Assembly (NCBI GenBank): GCA_025611195.1
Contig: GCA_025611195.1_4718.2
Strand: one strand, 5' to 3'
Length of the DNA stretch: 64,000 nt
From: a phage
A program made the position numbers and the translations under genes. The notes under the pieces were generated by a model that was not told the origin of the DNA, searched no databases, and worked only from the letters and a program-made list of their open reading frames with translations. This document shows positions 28,266 to 38,060 of the stretch, in pieces (the first letter of the stretch is position 1; every line of letters begins with the position of its first letter).

Positions 28266-29047
28266 CAGAATTCCTCTAAGTTACTGCTGCTAATAGCCCC
28301 CGTCGTAGACGACACGTTTTTACTGCTCGCCGACGCTGTTGTTGAAGAAGTTCTGGCTAGATTCAATCCGTTTAATAACCCACGCTCTTTTACCGTACGA
28401 CGCGAACCATCACGAACGTCGTAAAGGGGTACGTTATAATGGTCAAAAATCCGAAGCCATTGCACGTAATCAGCAACAACATGGTCTTTGCTTTCATTCG
28501 GAGCAAAGCGATCAAGCTGATGGTCAACGTAAGCTTTAGCGCTTTCAGGATTGAAGTTATACTGTCGACGTGCTTTATCCACCATCGCGAGGAAACACGT
28601 GTTGGGGTCACGATTGATGTATGAACGCGTCCGGATAAAGATAGCCGGTACCGTAAACAGAACCTTGTTGTTATTCCCGTCAGTGACAATATTAACGGCA
28701 CGATGTGGTTGACCTGCTATCTTACACCAATCGTGAACAATGGTACTGTTACTCAGCATCTCCGCGTATTCAGGATCCTGAGAAAACATACCCGCGAACG
28801 GATACAAGAAATGTTTAACAAACAGCGATTCGGGCAGGATGTTGGGACGCGTCATCTCCTGTAAACCTTTTCGTAGAAGCTCGCTGTTGTCTACCAGCTC
28901 CTGCCACATGTCCGGTCGTGTTTTCGGGATGGACGGATCCTGAGCGCGACGAATGCGTTCTTCCTCATTTACAACCACTACCCCAGCCGGATACCCCAAT
29001 AAATCCGTTCCTTCGCTAACGTTGCTGTTAGTTTGGCGCGCCTTCAT
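28265..29047 (-). CDS. hypothetical protein with Ser/Thr-rich C-terminus (260 aa)
   Basis: ORF track. Confidence 0.55.
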   Translation of the reverse strand: MKARQTNSNVSEGTDLLGYPAGVVVVNEEERIRRAQDPSIPKTRPDMWQELVDNSELLRKGLQEMTRPNILPESLFVKHFLYPFAGMFSQDPEYAEMLSNSTIVHDWCKIAGQPHRAVNIVTDGNNNKVLFTVPAIFIRTRSYINRDPNTCFLAMVDKARRQYNFNPESAKAYVDHQLDRFAPNESKDHVVADYVQWLRIFDHYNVPLYDVRDGSRRTVKERGLLNGLNLARTSSTTASASSKNVSSTTGAISSSNLEEF

Positions 29048-29435
29048 TTACTTCCTCCTGCCACTTGACAAAATTACCACGCTCGGATCGCAGAACACCA
29101 CCCAGATCGTACGATATACCTTTCTCTGTGACAATCCCACCAATCTGGAGATCGACACGTTCCGTCGTCGGATCGATATACTTGACACGGACTTTCAATT
29201 CCACACGATCGTAATAACGCATTAAATAATCATACAACATCCGGTATGTCGCATCTTCCAATTTGGGTGCGCTATACTGCGATGTTGCAATGAGGTACGG
29301 TAGTGAAACGATGGAACCTTGATAGCAATACGACTGGGAATAATTCGATATTGCGAAATTGGTCATTAACCCATCCAGCTTTTTTCCCGACGCGGTTAAA
29401 AAGCTCGACAGCCCAGGTAACGGATTCGATGCCAT
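29028..29435 (-). CDS. hypothetical protein (135 aa)
   Basis: ORF track. Confidence 0.55.
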   Translation of the reverse strand: MASNPLPGLSSFLTASGKKLDGLMTNFAISNYSQSYCYQGSIVSLPYLIATSQYSAPKLEDATYRMLYDYLMRYYDRVELKVRVKYIDPTTERVDLQIGGIVTEKGISYDLGGVLRSERGNFVKWQEEVNEGAPN

Positions 29436-29448
29436 GAGGAACTCCTCT

Positions 29449-29898
29449 TTAAGCGTAATTCATTCCAACCAATCTATCGTAGTTAGGCATATGCCCTAAC
29501 TTCAGTTCGACAGGCACGGATACATTGGTACGCGGTGCGTAAAATGTTCGCGTATGCATATCGATATACCCACAGTCCAAATAAACAATATCAGACAACT
29601 CTGCCGGATGTTTAGGTGTGGGAATCTTTAGTCGATTATAACACTCAAGCTGCCACCAGGCATGAAAAAAGTTATTGTAGGCGTACGATTTACTGTTGGC
29701 AACTTTAAGTCCGTAGACAACCCATAACGTCGCCATGAAGTTGGTTGCGTTAATTCGCATCGGTTGTTCATTATTGAGCATGTGCGTGTAGGTAAACAGC
29801 GGTGTGTTACCATCGCCGAAACGTCCGACCAGGGTATTGTTCGTACGTTCGACCTCAAAGGAAAAATGCTGGCTGCTATTGCCATCAAAATGGATCAT
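29449..29898 (-). CDS. hypothetical protein (149 aa)
   Basis: ORF track. Confidence 0.55.
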   Translation of the reverse strand: MIHFDGNSSQHFSFEVERTNNTLVGRFGDGNTPLFTYTHMLNNEQPMRINATNFMATLWVVYGLKVANSKSYAYNNFFHAWWQLECYNRLKIPTPKHPAELSDIVYLDCGYIDMHTRTFYAPRTNVSVPVELKLGHMPNYDRLVGMNYA

Positions 29899-29973
29899 TC
29901 TGTTCTCCTCAAGCTTTTCATTTCATAGAGTGGTGGAAATTCGTAGAAAGTTACAAAAATAAAAAGAATGGGT

Positions 29974-30004
29974 AGTCCCTCCCCACCCGAAGGTAGGGAG
30001 GGAC
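29974..30004 (-). terminator. stem-loop GTCCCTCCC/GGGAGGGAC
   Basis: 9-bp inverted repeat after the stop of 30016-30480. Confidence 0.45.
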
Positions 30005-30015
30005 CACAGATGTAT

Positions 30016-30480
30016 TTAAACCAATGCCGCGATAACGTCGTTAACATTACGACCGCGCAACTCTGCCGCCAAACGAATAACTTCATCCAGGGAACGGTTT
30101 GTACGAATCTTAGCTACTTTCCAATTTTCAGGATACTGTTCGAAGTTAAGTAACCAAGTCATTACCTTTGCTTGTTCCACACCGTTGAGTTTGATTGTCG
30201 TGCGCGGATTGGCTTTGAACCACTTCTTGCTCAGCTGTGCCATACGGCGAACAGGGTAAGCGTAAGCGCGAGTCCAATCTTTGGACAGATTGTCGAGTAA
30301 CTCACGGTAGCTGCTATCGTAGTCTTTGTTGATACGACGTAATAACCAGTTGGCGGTCATCTGATAGAGTTTATCATCTTCACGTAACCGCATCCCTGCT
30401 ACTGCTAAATAAACGATAAGACCTGCACCCATGATGAGAGACAGGATAAACAGAACTTGGGTTTCTTGTGCTAAAGTCAT
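30016..30480 (-). CDS. membrane protein with one N-terminal transmembrane helix
   Basis: Hydrophobic stretch VLFILSLIMGAGLIVYLAVAG; first gene after promoter motif 30572-30591. Confidence 0.55.
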   Translation of the reverse strand: MTLAQETQVLFILSLIMGAGLIVYLAVAGMRLREDDKLYQMTANWLLRRINKDYDSSYRELLDNLSKDWTRAYAYPVRRMAQLSKKWFKANPRTTIKLNGVEQAKVMTWLLNFEQYPENWKVAKIRTNRSLDEVIRLAAELRGRNVNDVIAALV

Positions 30481-30571
30481 TTTTACTATCCTCGGATTTC
30501 GTTAGGATTTGATTTCCAATATAAGGACAATGTGATATGCCTTATACAGTCGATTGATGTTGTACATCACT

Positions 30572-30591
30572 TAAGTAATATAGCCGTGAAA
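30572..30591 (-). promoter_or_regulatory. promoter-like motif, minus-strand TTTCACGGCTATATTACTTA
   Basis: Identical 20-mer; 92 nt upstream of membrane-protein gene start 30480. Confidence 0.5.
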
Positions 30592-30600
30592 AATGTTGGA

Positions 30601-31416
30601 TTAACGTGTTCTCCTATCACGATGCGTATACGACTGAAGACCGATGTCCATATGCGGTAACGTCAGCGTCTGCCAGATCTGTCGTGCGTAGCGATCGAGT
30701 GTATGGTCGTCAGTAACACAATCGACTGGTTCGATGAGGTGAGTCGTATACTGGCTTTTCTCGGAGAAAGGTTCGATGTTAGCGGTGTCCCCTAATCCGC
30801 TTTTCACCGTGAAGACGAGACGGGTAATTATCATCGCCTTATGCTGCTGTTCATTATAGCGAAGGCTACGATATACAGCATAGCTCCCCCCTTTTAGGCT
30901 TCGGGTATAACGAAGGTCGGAGGTCGTCTCGGAAATCTGATACAACATCCAATCCAACGTATCACGCCAGTACGCATCATCCACATCAGGAACCGTGATG
31001 CCATAACGCGTAGGCAGCAGTTCTAAAAGCAGTTTATAAAGTCCACGACGCAGACCATGCTCTTCTGTTTCAGACAAACCGTTTCCAACGTAACGTGAGA
31101 TACGCGTACGTAAATACGTACGGATGAACATATTTGTCATCAGTGATTTCGCGCTACTACTGTTATCCTCAAAGCGATCAACACTGAAACTCGTTTCAAT
31201 CAGCTGCCCATTAAAGTACAATGCGGCAACATACATCGCATTACTGCTATCTCGTTCAATGTTTAAACGCCCGCAGATATTGGCTGCGTCGTTCATGGTA
31301 AATTCTAACTTATCGTGTTCGATACGGTAAATAATATCCTCTTGGGTTGCTAAGCTCGCAATGCGACGATAACCCGGAGAAGTGCGTTTTACACCCATGA
31401 TTGTCCTCGTTTTCAA
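30601..31416 (-). CDS. hypothetical protein (271 aa)
   Basis: ORF track. Confidence 0.55.
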   Translation of the reverse strand: MKTRTIMGVKRTSPGYRRIASLATQEDIIYRIEHDKLEFTMNDAANICGRLNIERDSSNAMYVAALYFNGQLIETSFSVDRFEDNSSSAKSLMTNMFIRTYLRTRISRYVGNGLSETEEHGLRRGLYKLLLELLPTRYGITVPDVDDAYWRDTLDWMLYQISETTSDLRYTRSLKGGSYAVYRSLRYNEQQHKAMIITRLVFTVKSGLGDTANIEPFSEKSQYTTHLIEPVDCVTDDHTLDRYARQIWQTLTLPHMDIGLQSYTHRDRRTR

Positions 31417-31438
31417 TTTAAGATTGCGTGCGGCATAG

Positions 31439-31465
31439 ACCCTCCCCGCCTTATGCAGGGAGGGT
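31439..31465 (-). terminator. stem-loop ACCCTCCCC/GGGAGGGT
   Basis: Inverted repeat between 31480-32118 and 30601-31416. Confidence 0.4.
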
Positions 31466-31479
31466 AGCCATTAAATGGA

Positions 31480-32118
31480 TTAACCTAATTTACCACCGGC
31501 GATATTGGTGAAATCTTCGCCATCAGGAACTTGCAGTAGAATACGTGCCATGTCCCAGTTGGTTAATGTGATTGCTTTATCATCGATACTCAGTTCTGGT
31601 AGGTCGAGTTCATGATCATCAAACTCGTAGGAAATACTCCACGTTTCATCTGTTTTAGGATCTGTCATCAATACACCGTCTGTCACACGCATGTAGTCCG
31701 GATGCAGTTCATTACTGAACGTACTGAACGGATCGGTGTAACATTCAGCATACCCTTCGATCTGCTGACGCTGTGCCTTCGTACGTAATTCAGGGCATGC
31801 CATAATCAGTTGTCGAGATATGCCGTTTGCAGCACGGAAGTCTTCCACGGTGTTACATGGCATAACCACATCGTCATGGAAGATGTTCTCCGATTGTCTC
31901 AACAGCGTCTTACGGAGTTCAGCATAGTTTATCTGATTGAACGCATCGAACGTTGCTAACGATTCAGCGTAAAAATGCTTTACGTGTTCGCTTGCGCCGC
32001 CGAGGCTATTCATCAACTTGTGACCATACTCCATGAAGCTTTTATCGAGACCGGAGGACATTTCTCCGAACCTCAGTGCACGATAACTGTCTCGTCCACC
32101 TGTAAATATTTGCGCCAT
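31480..32118 (-). CDS. hypothetical protein (212 aa)
   Basis: ATG preceded by AAAGGAGGA RBS. Confidence 0.6.
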   Translation of the reverse strand: MAQIFTGGRDSYRALRFGEMSSGLDKSFMEYGHKLMNSLGGASEHVKHFYAESLATFDAFNQINYAELRKTLLRQSENIFHDDVVMPCNTVEDFRAANGISRQLIMACPELRTKAQRQQIEGYAECYTDPFSTFSNELHPDYMRVTDGVLMTDPKTDETWSISYEFDDHELDLPELSIDDKAITLTNWDMARILLQVPDGEDFTNIAGGKLG

Positions 32119-32133
32119 TACAGGCGTCCTCCT

Positions 32134-34723
32134 TTAGCAATGGTTGTTAGTTGCTTCTATTTCATCAAGATACGGTTCTACGTCATCGCCCTCCACGAAT
32201 TCGTTGAACCAACAGTCAATGGTAGAAATAACCGGTGACTGGTGTTCACATTTCTTAGATACCTTAAAAGGTACGTTATTATCCATCATACCGAGTTCGG
32301 GTCGAAAACGCCCGAAATGTTTCGCAGTCCAAATGTCTGGGACGATATGGTTGTTCATCGTGGTGTTCAGCATGAGTCGCTACCTCATACCCGCAGCTTT
32401 ACCTGCAGCTTCCGGTGTTACCGGAATGTCCAGAATACATCTTATCCATATTCCAAATGGAACGTAGGACTTCCGCGCTGGATCTCGCTTGAGACCACGT
32501 ATTCGTTGAACGTTCTCCTGAACGGAGCTTCGCTGCTGATCGAACATTGTCGTGTACGGTAGGCATCCCCGAAGGGATTGTCATTGAAGCCGCGTACATC
32601 CGCTACCTTGTTTCTACCTTATCGGTTCCTCTTACGAGGCGTAGCGGCCTTAGCCCTTCCCAGCAATTCACGGAATCCAAGCTCTTCCTTTCGGAAGGCA
32701 GGGCCTATGATTAAGCATCCCCGTCGCTGTTATCGACTATATCTTCATCCTCGTTGCGAGGAGTCTCCCGTTTGGGTCTGTGTTTAACAGAGCCTACTCT
32801 ACTCAACATCGCGTCTTTCGATAGTCTGTGAGCACACATCTTAACGAACATTCGTGGATTCCTAAACAGGTGAACGTTCTTGTTGAGATGCTTCGCTGCG
32901 GATTATTCCCGTCCTACCTCTTTTACCGTACCCAGTTCATTACGCTGGCCCTCATCTATGTCACCATGATGAGTTGGTGTGTAGTCCGATTACAGAAACT
33001 TCCCGTCAATTAGAGAGTTTTAACTACGTTCCTGTTACCAGAAACCAGATCCCGACGGTATCAATAAATCAACGTAAGTTATTGATTTAATTGAAAAACT
33101 GAAATCTGCATTATCTAAATCTTCAGTATGGTTCGCTACTCCATACCCGTACCTCATGTACTGCTTACGTCTTTCACGTAAGGATAGACTATATCTTTCA
33201 CCCTCAGCATTATCTGGTCGGGGCTCCCATTTCGGCGGTCAGATGACCGGTGGTTTCCCACGCCGCTTGGCCCTAACGCCCGTAAGCGATAGTCGTTGAG
33301 CACATCTCCGTTCTGGAGACTTCGCTGCGGATTCCCCAATCCTTGCCGCTTTTACCGTACCTGAATGATTAGTTCAGCCCCACGCTCTGTTCCCAGGCAT
33401 GGTTGGTGGACGAGGCTCTAAGTAGGTTCCCGCATTAGAGAGTTCCTCGTAACAACATTTCTGCGTTACTGGGCCTAACGACCCTTTCAAGATCATCACG
33501 CTTAACCCGATGGTGTTATCCTGCGGATCGCGTTTAACCTTGGTGATTTCAAGACATTGGTTACTGCTTCGGTCAAGTGATGGGTTTCGAACAAAGCCGC
33601 ACACAATCCCATCGAACGGTGTATCAGCAATAAGCTCATCATGCAGCTCGCTCATCATCGGATGATAATTACGGACATGTTCCGCAACGAACGCACGTGC
33701 TGCTCTCGGTGAATAACCGCGATGGAATAACTTGGATTGGATATGTTCTTTATTGGTTAAAGTAAATGGTGCGTATGGGAAATGCAGATGATAATAACGA
33801 TGGTTCGCTGTTATCGAACTGATTACGGTACGCGTGGTGAATGGATGTAATGTACCTAATATGTTTTTACGCGTGATACCTTTCTTCTTACCGATGAACT
33901 CATCGAAAATCGCCGCGTGGTATTGCAGCAGCTTCAATTGCACTTTCGCCATCCAGTTTTCTTTCTTTCTGGCGCTCAAAGGTGTTGTTGGATGATAGAT
34001 ACTATTCAGTGTACCAATAGCATCGATCGCACCTTCCATTTTGCTATCTGCATAACGGCCGGTCGGTGTATTTTCGATAACGAACATCATGGCCGCAGGA
34101 AAGCTGATATACTGACTGAAGAACTTATCACGATGGATACGGATGAATTCTCGTAGCGTGTCAACTTTCTCTGTGTTCTTCGGTCCACGTAATGTGGGTC
34201 CTTTATACAAGATCTCCATGATGCGATCGAAGTTCTGTATAAAGCTATTTACACCACGCCGTATCCCGAATACATCAAATTGCTGCTCCAGATAGTTCTT
34301 GAGTTCAATGGGTCGTTTTACATTTGGACGGTAACTGGCATCAATGAGCCACGTCATCGTTTCGAAGCTTTTGATATTCAACTCGCTTGCCAGCACGAGA
34401 TGGACCAACGGGTTAATGAACGCATCGATTCCTTCAGGGACACGCGCCCAGACCGTCGAACGAATCTCCTGTTCTGCTGGGTAGGTTACAACCGTTTTAC
34501 AGTTTGGACACACCGTGCCGAGCAACTCACCGCGATTGTAGAAACCACAACCACATTGTGGCGTGATATCCAACGTATCGCTGGAGTAAACACGGGTGAT
34601 AAAACTGTTTAATTTCTTCTTCTCTTCGACGACTTTTGTATCGTAATCGTTCAACAAAATCGGCGTAAAGGGAAGTTCTGCGAGCTGTCTATCGAAACTC
34701 ACGATATCGAGCATGATGGCCAT
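32134..34723 (-). CDS. multisubunit RNA polymerase beta-prime, N-terminal subunit; proposed 4 exons (34723-33490, 33120-33102, 32726-32714, 32367-32134) split by three group I introns
   Basis: Exon 1 has the Zn-finger (CGCG..CPNC) and RNPSLDRSSNQCLEI (cf NRAPTLHRLGIQAFEP); micro-exons encode LDNADF and DGDA; last exon NTTMNNHIVP (cf QMAVHVP); exon lengths 1234+19+13+234 = 1500 nt keep frame; unspliced ORF ends in intron read-through. Confidence 0.5.
32368..32713 (-). other. group I intron C (ORF-less, about 346 nt)
   Basis: P AATTGCTGGGAAGGG with Q ATCAGCAGCGAAG (compensatory GCTG/CAGC), R CAACGAATACG with S AAGATGTATTC (compensatory P7 change); 3' tail homologous to intron A. Confidence 0.45.
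32727..33101 (-). other. group I intron B (ORF-less, about 375 nt; 3' domain unusually short)
   Basis: P AATTGACGGGAAG, Q AATCCGCAGCGAAG, R GTGCTCACAGACTATCG, S GAAGATATAGTCGATAAC; only about 8 nt between S and the proposed 3' splice G. Confidence 0.4.
33121..33489 (-). other. group I intron A (ORF-less, about 369 nt)
   Basis: Minus-strand elements P AATGCGGGAACC, Q GAATCCGCAGCGAAGTC, R GTGCTCAACGACTATCGC, S AAAGATATAGTCTATCC in correct order; possible P1 pairing exon GAUCU with GGGUC; boundaries approximate. Confidence 0.5.
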
Positions 34724-34765
34724 GGGACATCTCCTACAAATGAAAAAGAACGTTAGGACGTATAA

Positions 34766-34789
34766 GGGAGGGAGGTTGCCCTCCCTCCC
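34766..34789 (-). terminator. stem-loop GGGAGGGAGG/CCTCCCTCCC between chimallin candidate and beta-prime N gene
   Basis: 10-bp perfect inverted repeat; may set expression ratio between the two genes. Confidence 0.45.
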
Positions 34790-34815
34790 GTCAGATTACA
34801 TCGAACGTTCTTCCA

Positions 34816-36711
34816 TTAGAACAGGTTGAATGCTCCACCCATGTTGTTACCACCAACATTCGGACGATCGCTACGTGCATAGATGTTGCCGGAGATGTTA
34901 CCCAGACCACGAGCACGTGCTGCTGTGTTACCACGAACGGCGGTACCTGCCAGATGCTGGATGTTCTCAGGACGGATGGTGAAGCCAGCTTCGGCAGCCG
35001 CTTCAATCAATGCCGCAAGCGCATTCGGTTCGAAATCGTAACGCATTGCCCAACCGGTTTGTTCCCAGCTACCAGACAGAACGCGATCGATGATTTCGTG
35101 ACGAGCAACAACACGCTGAGACATCGACATATCGGTACGGTCGAAGCTGTCTTCCCAAGCTTCTACGGTATCCGGGTTAGTGATGTTCATCATGTACAGA
35201 TCGTCCATATCACGAATATCGTGACGGTTACCGTCCTGGTGGTTGTAGTGACCCAGCGGGATACGGTTACCAGTAGCGTAGACTAACGGTTGGCCGTATT
35301 GATATTTCTTGCTGAAGCAACCCAGGGTGGTATCATCGAATGCACGATAGAGTGCTTTATAGCCTTCGGAGATTTCTTGAACTTTACCGTCAACGTTGCC
35401 CGTAAAGATCTTCTCAGCTGCAGGGATCATACGCAGCAACCAGCTATATTCGCCTTCTTCCGGTACGTCGATAGAAATCAGCAGAGACGGATACAGTACC
35501 TGTTGCAGGAACTTGTAAATCTGCTCGTTGGTTTGAGTAGACAGATCCAGCGGTGCAGTAACTTCCGGATCCAGTACCATCGCCAGAGCACCCGGGTTAT
35601 GCGGACCAATACCACGAGCAGCGTTGCTGATTAAAGACTGCGCCCACGCCATACCGCTGTTCAGCGTAGCGATGGTACCAATCAGACCCAGCACAAACGT
35701 GTTCGGAGTGAACGCATCCAGCTCCAGCGGGTAGGCGCTGGTCATCACGTAACGCGGTTGGTACTGTACAGTCGGCGGTACCGGATAACCGTTAACCAGA
35801 ACAGGACCTTGGTTGAAGGTCGGGTTCTGCGGGCTGTAGGTCAGGTCAATGTAACCAGTGGTTGCGACCAGGCGCTGTTGACTATCGTAATCGCTCATCG
35901 CTTGACGGATACGGTTAGAGATAGTTACAGTGATGTCAGAACGCACTGGGTTACCGACGATATCGCTGTCCTGCATACCGCTGGTGTTGTACTGAACGCT
36001 GCTGATCGGCTGATCGCTTGCCATCATGCCCAGGTTGAACTGCGGCAGACCCAGTTTATCGCCGAGACGGATTTCGATCGCGGTTTGGATTGCGTTATCT
36101 GCAGCAGACAGCAGGGTGGTTGCCAGATGCGCAGATTCAGCAGTGATTTCATTGGTCACCACAGCCAGACCGGCGATACGAACAGTACCGTTAGCCTTAC
36201 CGCCAATAGCCGCATACATTGCCGCCATGACTTCGTTGATGAACGTGCCGTTCAGGTTATCAACCCAGGTACGCGGTACCAGAATGTTACCATGCGGACC
36301 TTGTTCTTCACGACGCGGCAGCGGAGCCAAACCGGCAACCAGCGGAAGCACATAACCGAAGAAGTGGTTATGGTCACCAACTTTTGCACCGCTCATAACA
36401 ACCAGGGTCGGATACGGTACACTGTACTGGTTAGGATCGACGGTCACCATGATGAAGTCGTCTTTGAACCCTTTATCTTCCAGTTCTTTCTCCATCAGAC
36501 GACGGAGATTCAGTACCTGCTCGGAGCCAGTATTACGGCTAATACGACGGCTCAGTGTACGGTTGATCGTACGCATCGTATGAGTTACTTTAGGCTGGCC
36601 AGCAAAATCTGCAGCGGTTTCCAGCGCCTCATCAGCACGTTGTGCGGTGCGGGTTTCAGCTGCACGAATTTCTACATTATCGTTACCGTTATTACGTACG
36701 TCTAAGCCCAT
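34816..36711 (-). CDS. chimallin (phage nucleus shell protein) candidate
   Basis: 631 aa, the size recalled for known chimallins; directly upstream of the beta-prime N gene as recalled for phiKZ gp54-gp55; strong preferred-codon bias; first gene after promoter motif 36781-36800; no sequence comparison possible. Confidence 0.4.
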   Translation of the reverse strand: MGLDVRNNGNDNVEIRAAETRTAQRADEALETAADFAGQPKVTHTMRTINRTLSRRISRNTGSEQVLNLRRLMEKELEDKGFKDDFIMVTVDPNQYSVPYPTLVVMSGAKVGDHNHFFGYVLPLVAGLAPLPRREEQGPHGNILVPRTWVDNLNGTFINEVMAAMYAAIGGKANGTVRIAGLAVVTNEITAESAHLATTLLSAADNAIQTAIEIRLGDKLGLPQFNLGMMASDQPISSVQYNTSGMQDSDIVGNPVRSDITVTISNRIRQAMSDYDSQQRLVATTGYIDLTYSPQNPTFNQGPVLVNGYPVPPTVQYQPRYVMTSAYPLELDAFTPNTFVLGLIGTIATLNSGMAWAQSLISNAARGIGPHNPGALAMVLDPEVTAPLDLSTQTNEQIYKFLQQVLYPSLLISIDVPEEGEYSWLLRMIPAAEKIFTGNVDGKVQEISEGYKALYRAFDDTTLGCFSKKYQYGQPLVYATGNRIPLGHYNHQDGNRHDIRDMDDLYMMNITNPDTVEAWEDSFDRTDMSMSQRVVARHEIIDRVLSGSWEQTGWAMRYDFEPNALAALIEAAAEAGFTIRPENIQHLAGTAVRGNTAARARGLGNISGNIYARSDRPNVGGNNMGGAFNLF

Positions 36712-36780
36712 TTGGGATTCCTCTTTTCTTAAACTTTATTAAATGACGTCATTGAATCAGCTTCTACTCGCTCATTCACC

Positions 36781-36800
36781 TAGGTAATATAACCCTGAAA
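36781..36800 (-). promoter_or_regulatory. promoter-like motif, minus-strand TTTCAGGGTTATATTACCTA
   Basis: Same consensus; 70 nt upstream of the chimallin candidate start. Confidence 0.5.
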
Positions 36801-36965
36801 TTTTTTTCAATATTGGTGTAACCACATTGAACGATATAAACCCCTAGGCGAACGCTGCCGAGAAGCAACATTCTTTCTACATATAATCAGGATATGTCTG
36901 TAAACTTTTACTTCTCTTATTGAGAGTAATGTCATATCCGTTTACCATCTTCTTACGGAGTTCGT

Positions 36966-38060
36966 ATGTTTCGTGTTTTAAATAACCTCCCGCGAACATC
37001 ATCGGGTGTGCAACCCGTCCCTCAGAAAGACTATCTAATACGCGAAGTTCAAAGAAACCTACAGACAATCCAGAACCACTATCAGGGTTTTACCTTCGCG
37101 GTTCAGAGCGATCACATCCTTGCGTTGCTGCTCGCACAGCTCCCTATGAGATACGACATCTCAGTACAAACTTACTACGACATGATTCTCGATCTCACTC
37201 CAGAATTGGGTAATCGTGTTAAGTTGACAACATCAAGATACGCGGGTAAGTTATTCGACGGTGCTTTCTATCCAGGATTGCATGAAGCTATTATCGCAAC
37301 CGGTGAAAGTCGTCTTATTTCACGTGACGTTCTTGACAACTGGCGTAATTGGTCACCAGTTAGAATCGTGACGCACCCATACGCAAATCTTCGTTACATT
37401 CCTCTTCACCAAAAGCAGGTTGAGGAAGGACGAGGTTTTGCGGTCATTATGGTTGATGTACCATTATTAGCACTACAGTATCGAATGTGGTCTTTGGTCA
37501 TGGGTCATAACGTCGACGGTAAATGGGTGGTTAAAGAGCCGGTTACAAGCTTCCTTGCGAGTTTTCCGTTGGTTAACGCATTATACTCACACAACGATAT
37601 TGTTATACGTAACCGTTGTTTGTGGGTGTCTCCGGCTAAGAATCCACTCAAATCACCAATTTACGTTAACGACCTTGATAACGTATTCGACCAAGTCGTT
37701 CTGTCCGTACAGCATCATTTATTACGAAGAAGACGAAGCTACACCGACATGCTTAAACAGATACCGAGTTTATACGGAGATCAGTACCAAGCGACCCGAA
37801 TGGGCTACACTGTCGATCTTCGACAAACGCGATGGGCAAGAGATCTGGGTTGTCTGTCATTATGGCAACAACTCGTCACATTGCAAAACGTATCCGAAAG
37901 CGTCGGGTTCAGCAGCCAAATCGATAACGACCTGTACCGTGCTGCCGACCGGAGTCTAAAAGAAGGTAACTGGGAATCTTCTCCGTTACCTGGCGATTTA
38001 AGACGTGAAGTTATTGCACAGGTTGCCGACCTCTTAAAAATTCTTCCTGCTGGTGCATAA
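36966..38060 (+). CDS. hypothetical protein (364 aa)
   Basis: ORF track, ATG start; convergent hairpin 38080-38111 downstream. Confidence 0.6.
   Translation: MFRVLNNLPRTSSGVQPVPQKDYLIREVQRNLQTIQNHYQGFTFAVQSDHILALLLAQLPMRYDISVQTYYDMILDLTPELGNRVKLTTSRYAGKLFDGAFYPGLHEAIIATGESRLISRDVLDNWRNWSPVRIVTHPYANLRYIPLHQKQVEEGRGFAVIMVDVPLLALQYRMWSLVMGHNVDGKWVVKEPVTSFLASFPLVNALYSHNDIVIRNRCLWVSPAKNPLKSPIYVNDLDNVFDQVVLSVQHHLLRRRRSYTDMLKQIPSLYGDQYQATRMGYTVDLRQTRWARDLGCLSLWQQLVTLQNVSESVGFSSQIDNDLYRAADRSLKEGNWESSPLPGDLRREVIAQVADLLKILPAGA

Noticed and set aside
32399-33339. Short ORFs 32399-32599 (-), 33154-33339 (-), 32578-32787 (+), 32828-33013 (+) in the region between the beta-prime exons
   Set aside because: They overlap group I intron core elements (P, Q, R, S) and have no RBS; better explained as chance frames in structured RNA.
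33374-33489. C-terminal ~38 residues of the 449-aa track ORF (…MILKGSLGPVTQKCCYEELSNAGTYLEPRPPTMPGNRAWG)
   Set aside because: This is read-through into intron A: it covers the intron P element and replaces the expected NADFDGD region.
35758-36705. 315-aa plus-strand ORF and other plus-strand ORFs (34954-35286, 35290-35634, 36026-36355) antisense to the chimallin candidate
   Set aside because: They lie wholly inside a strongly codon-biased minus-strand gene, have low-complexity Arg/Cys-rich translations and no RBS; typical antisense artefacts of GC-rich biased coding sequence.
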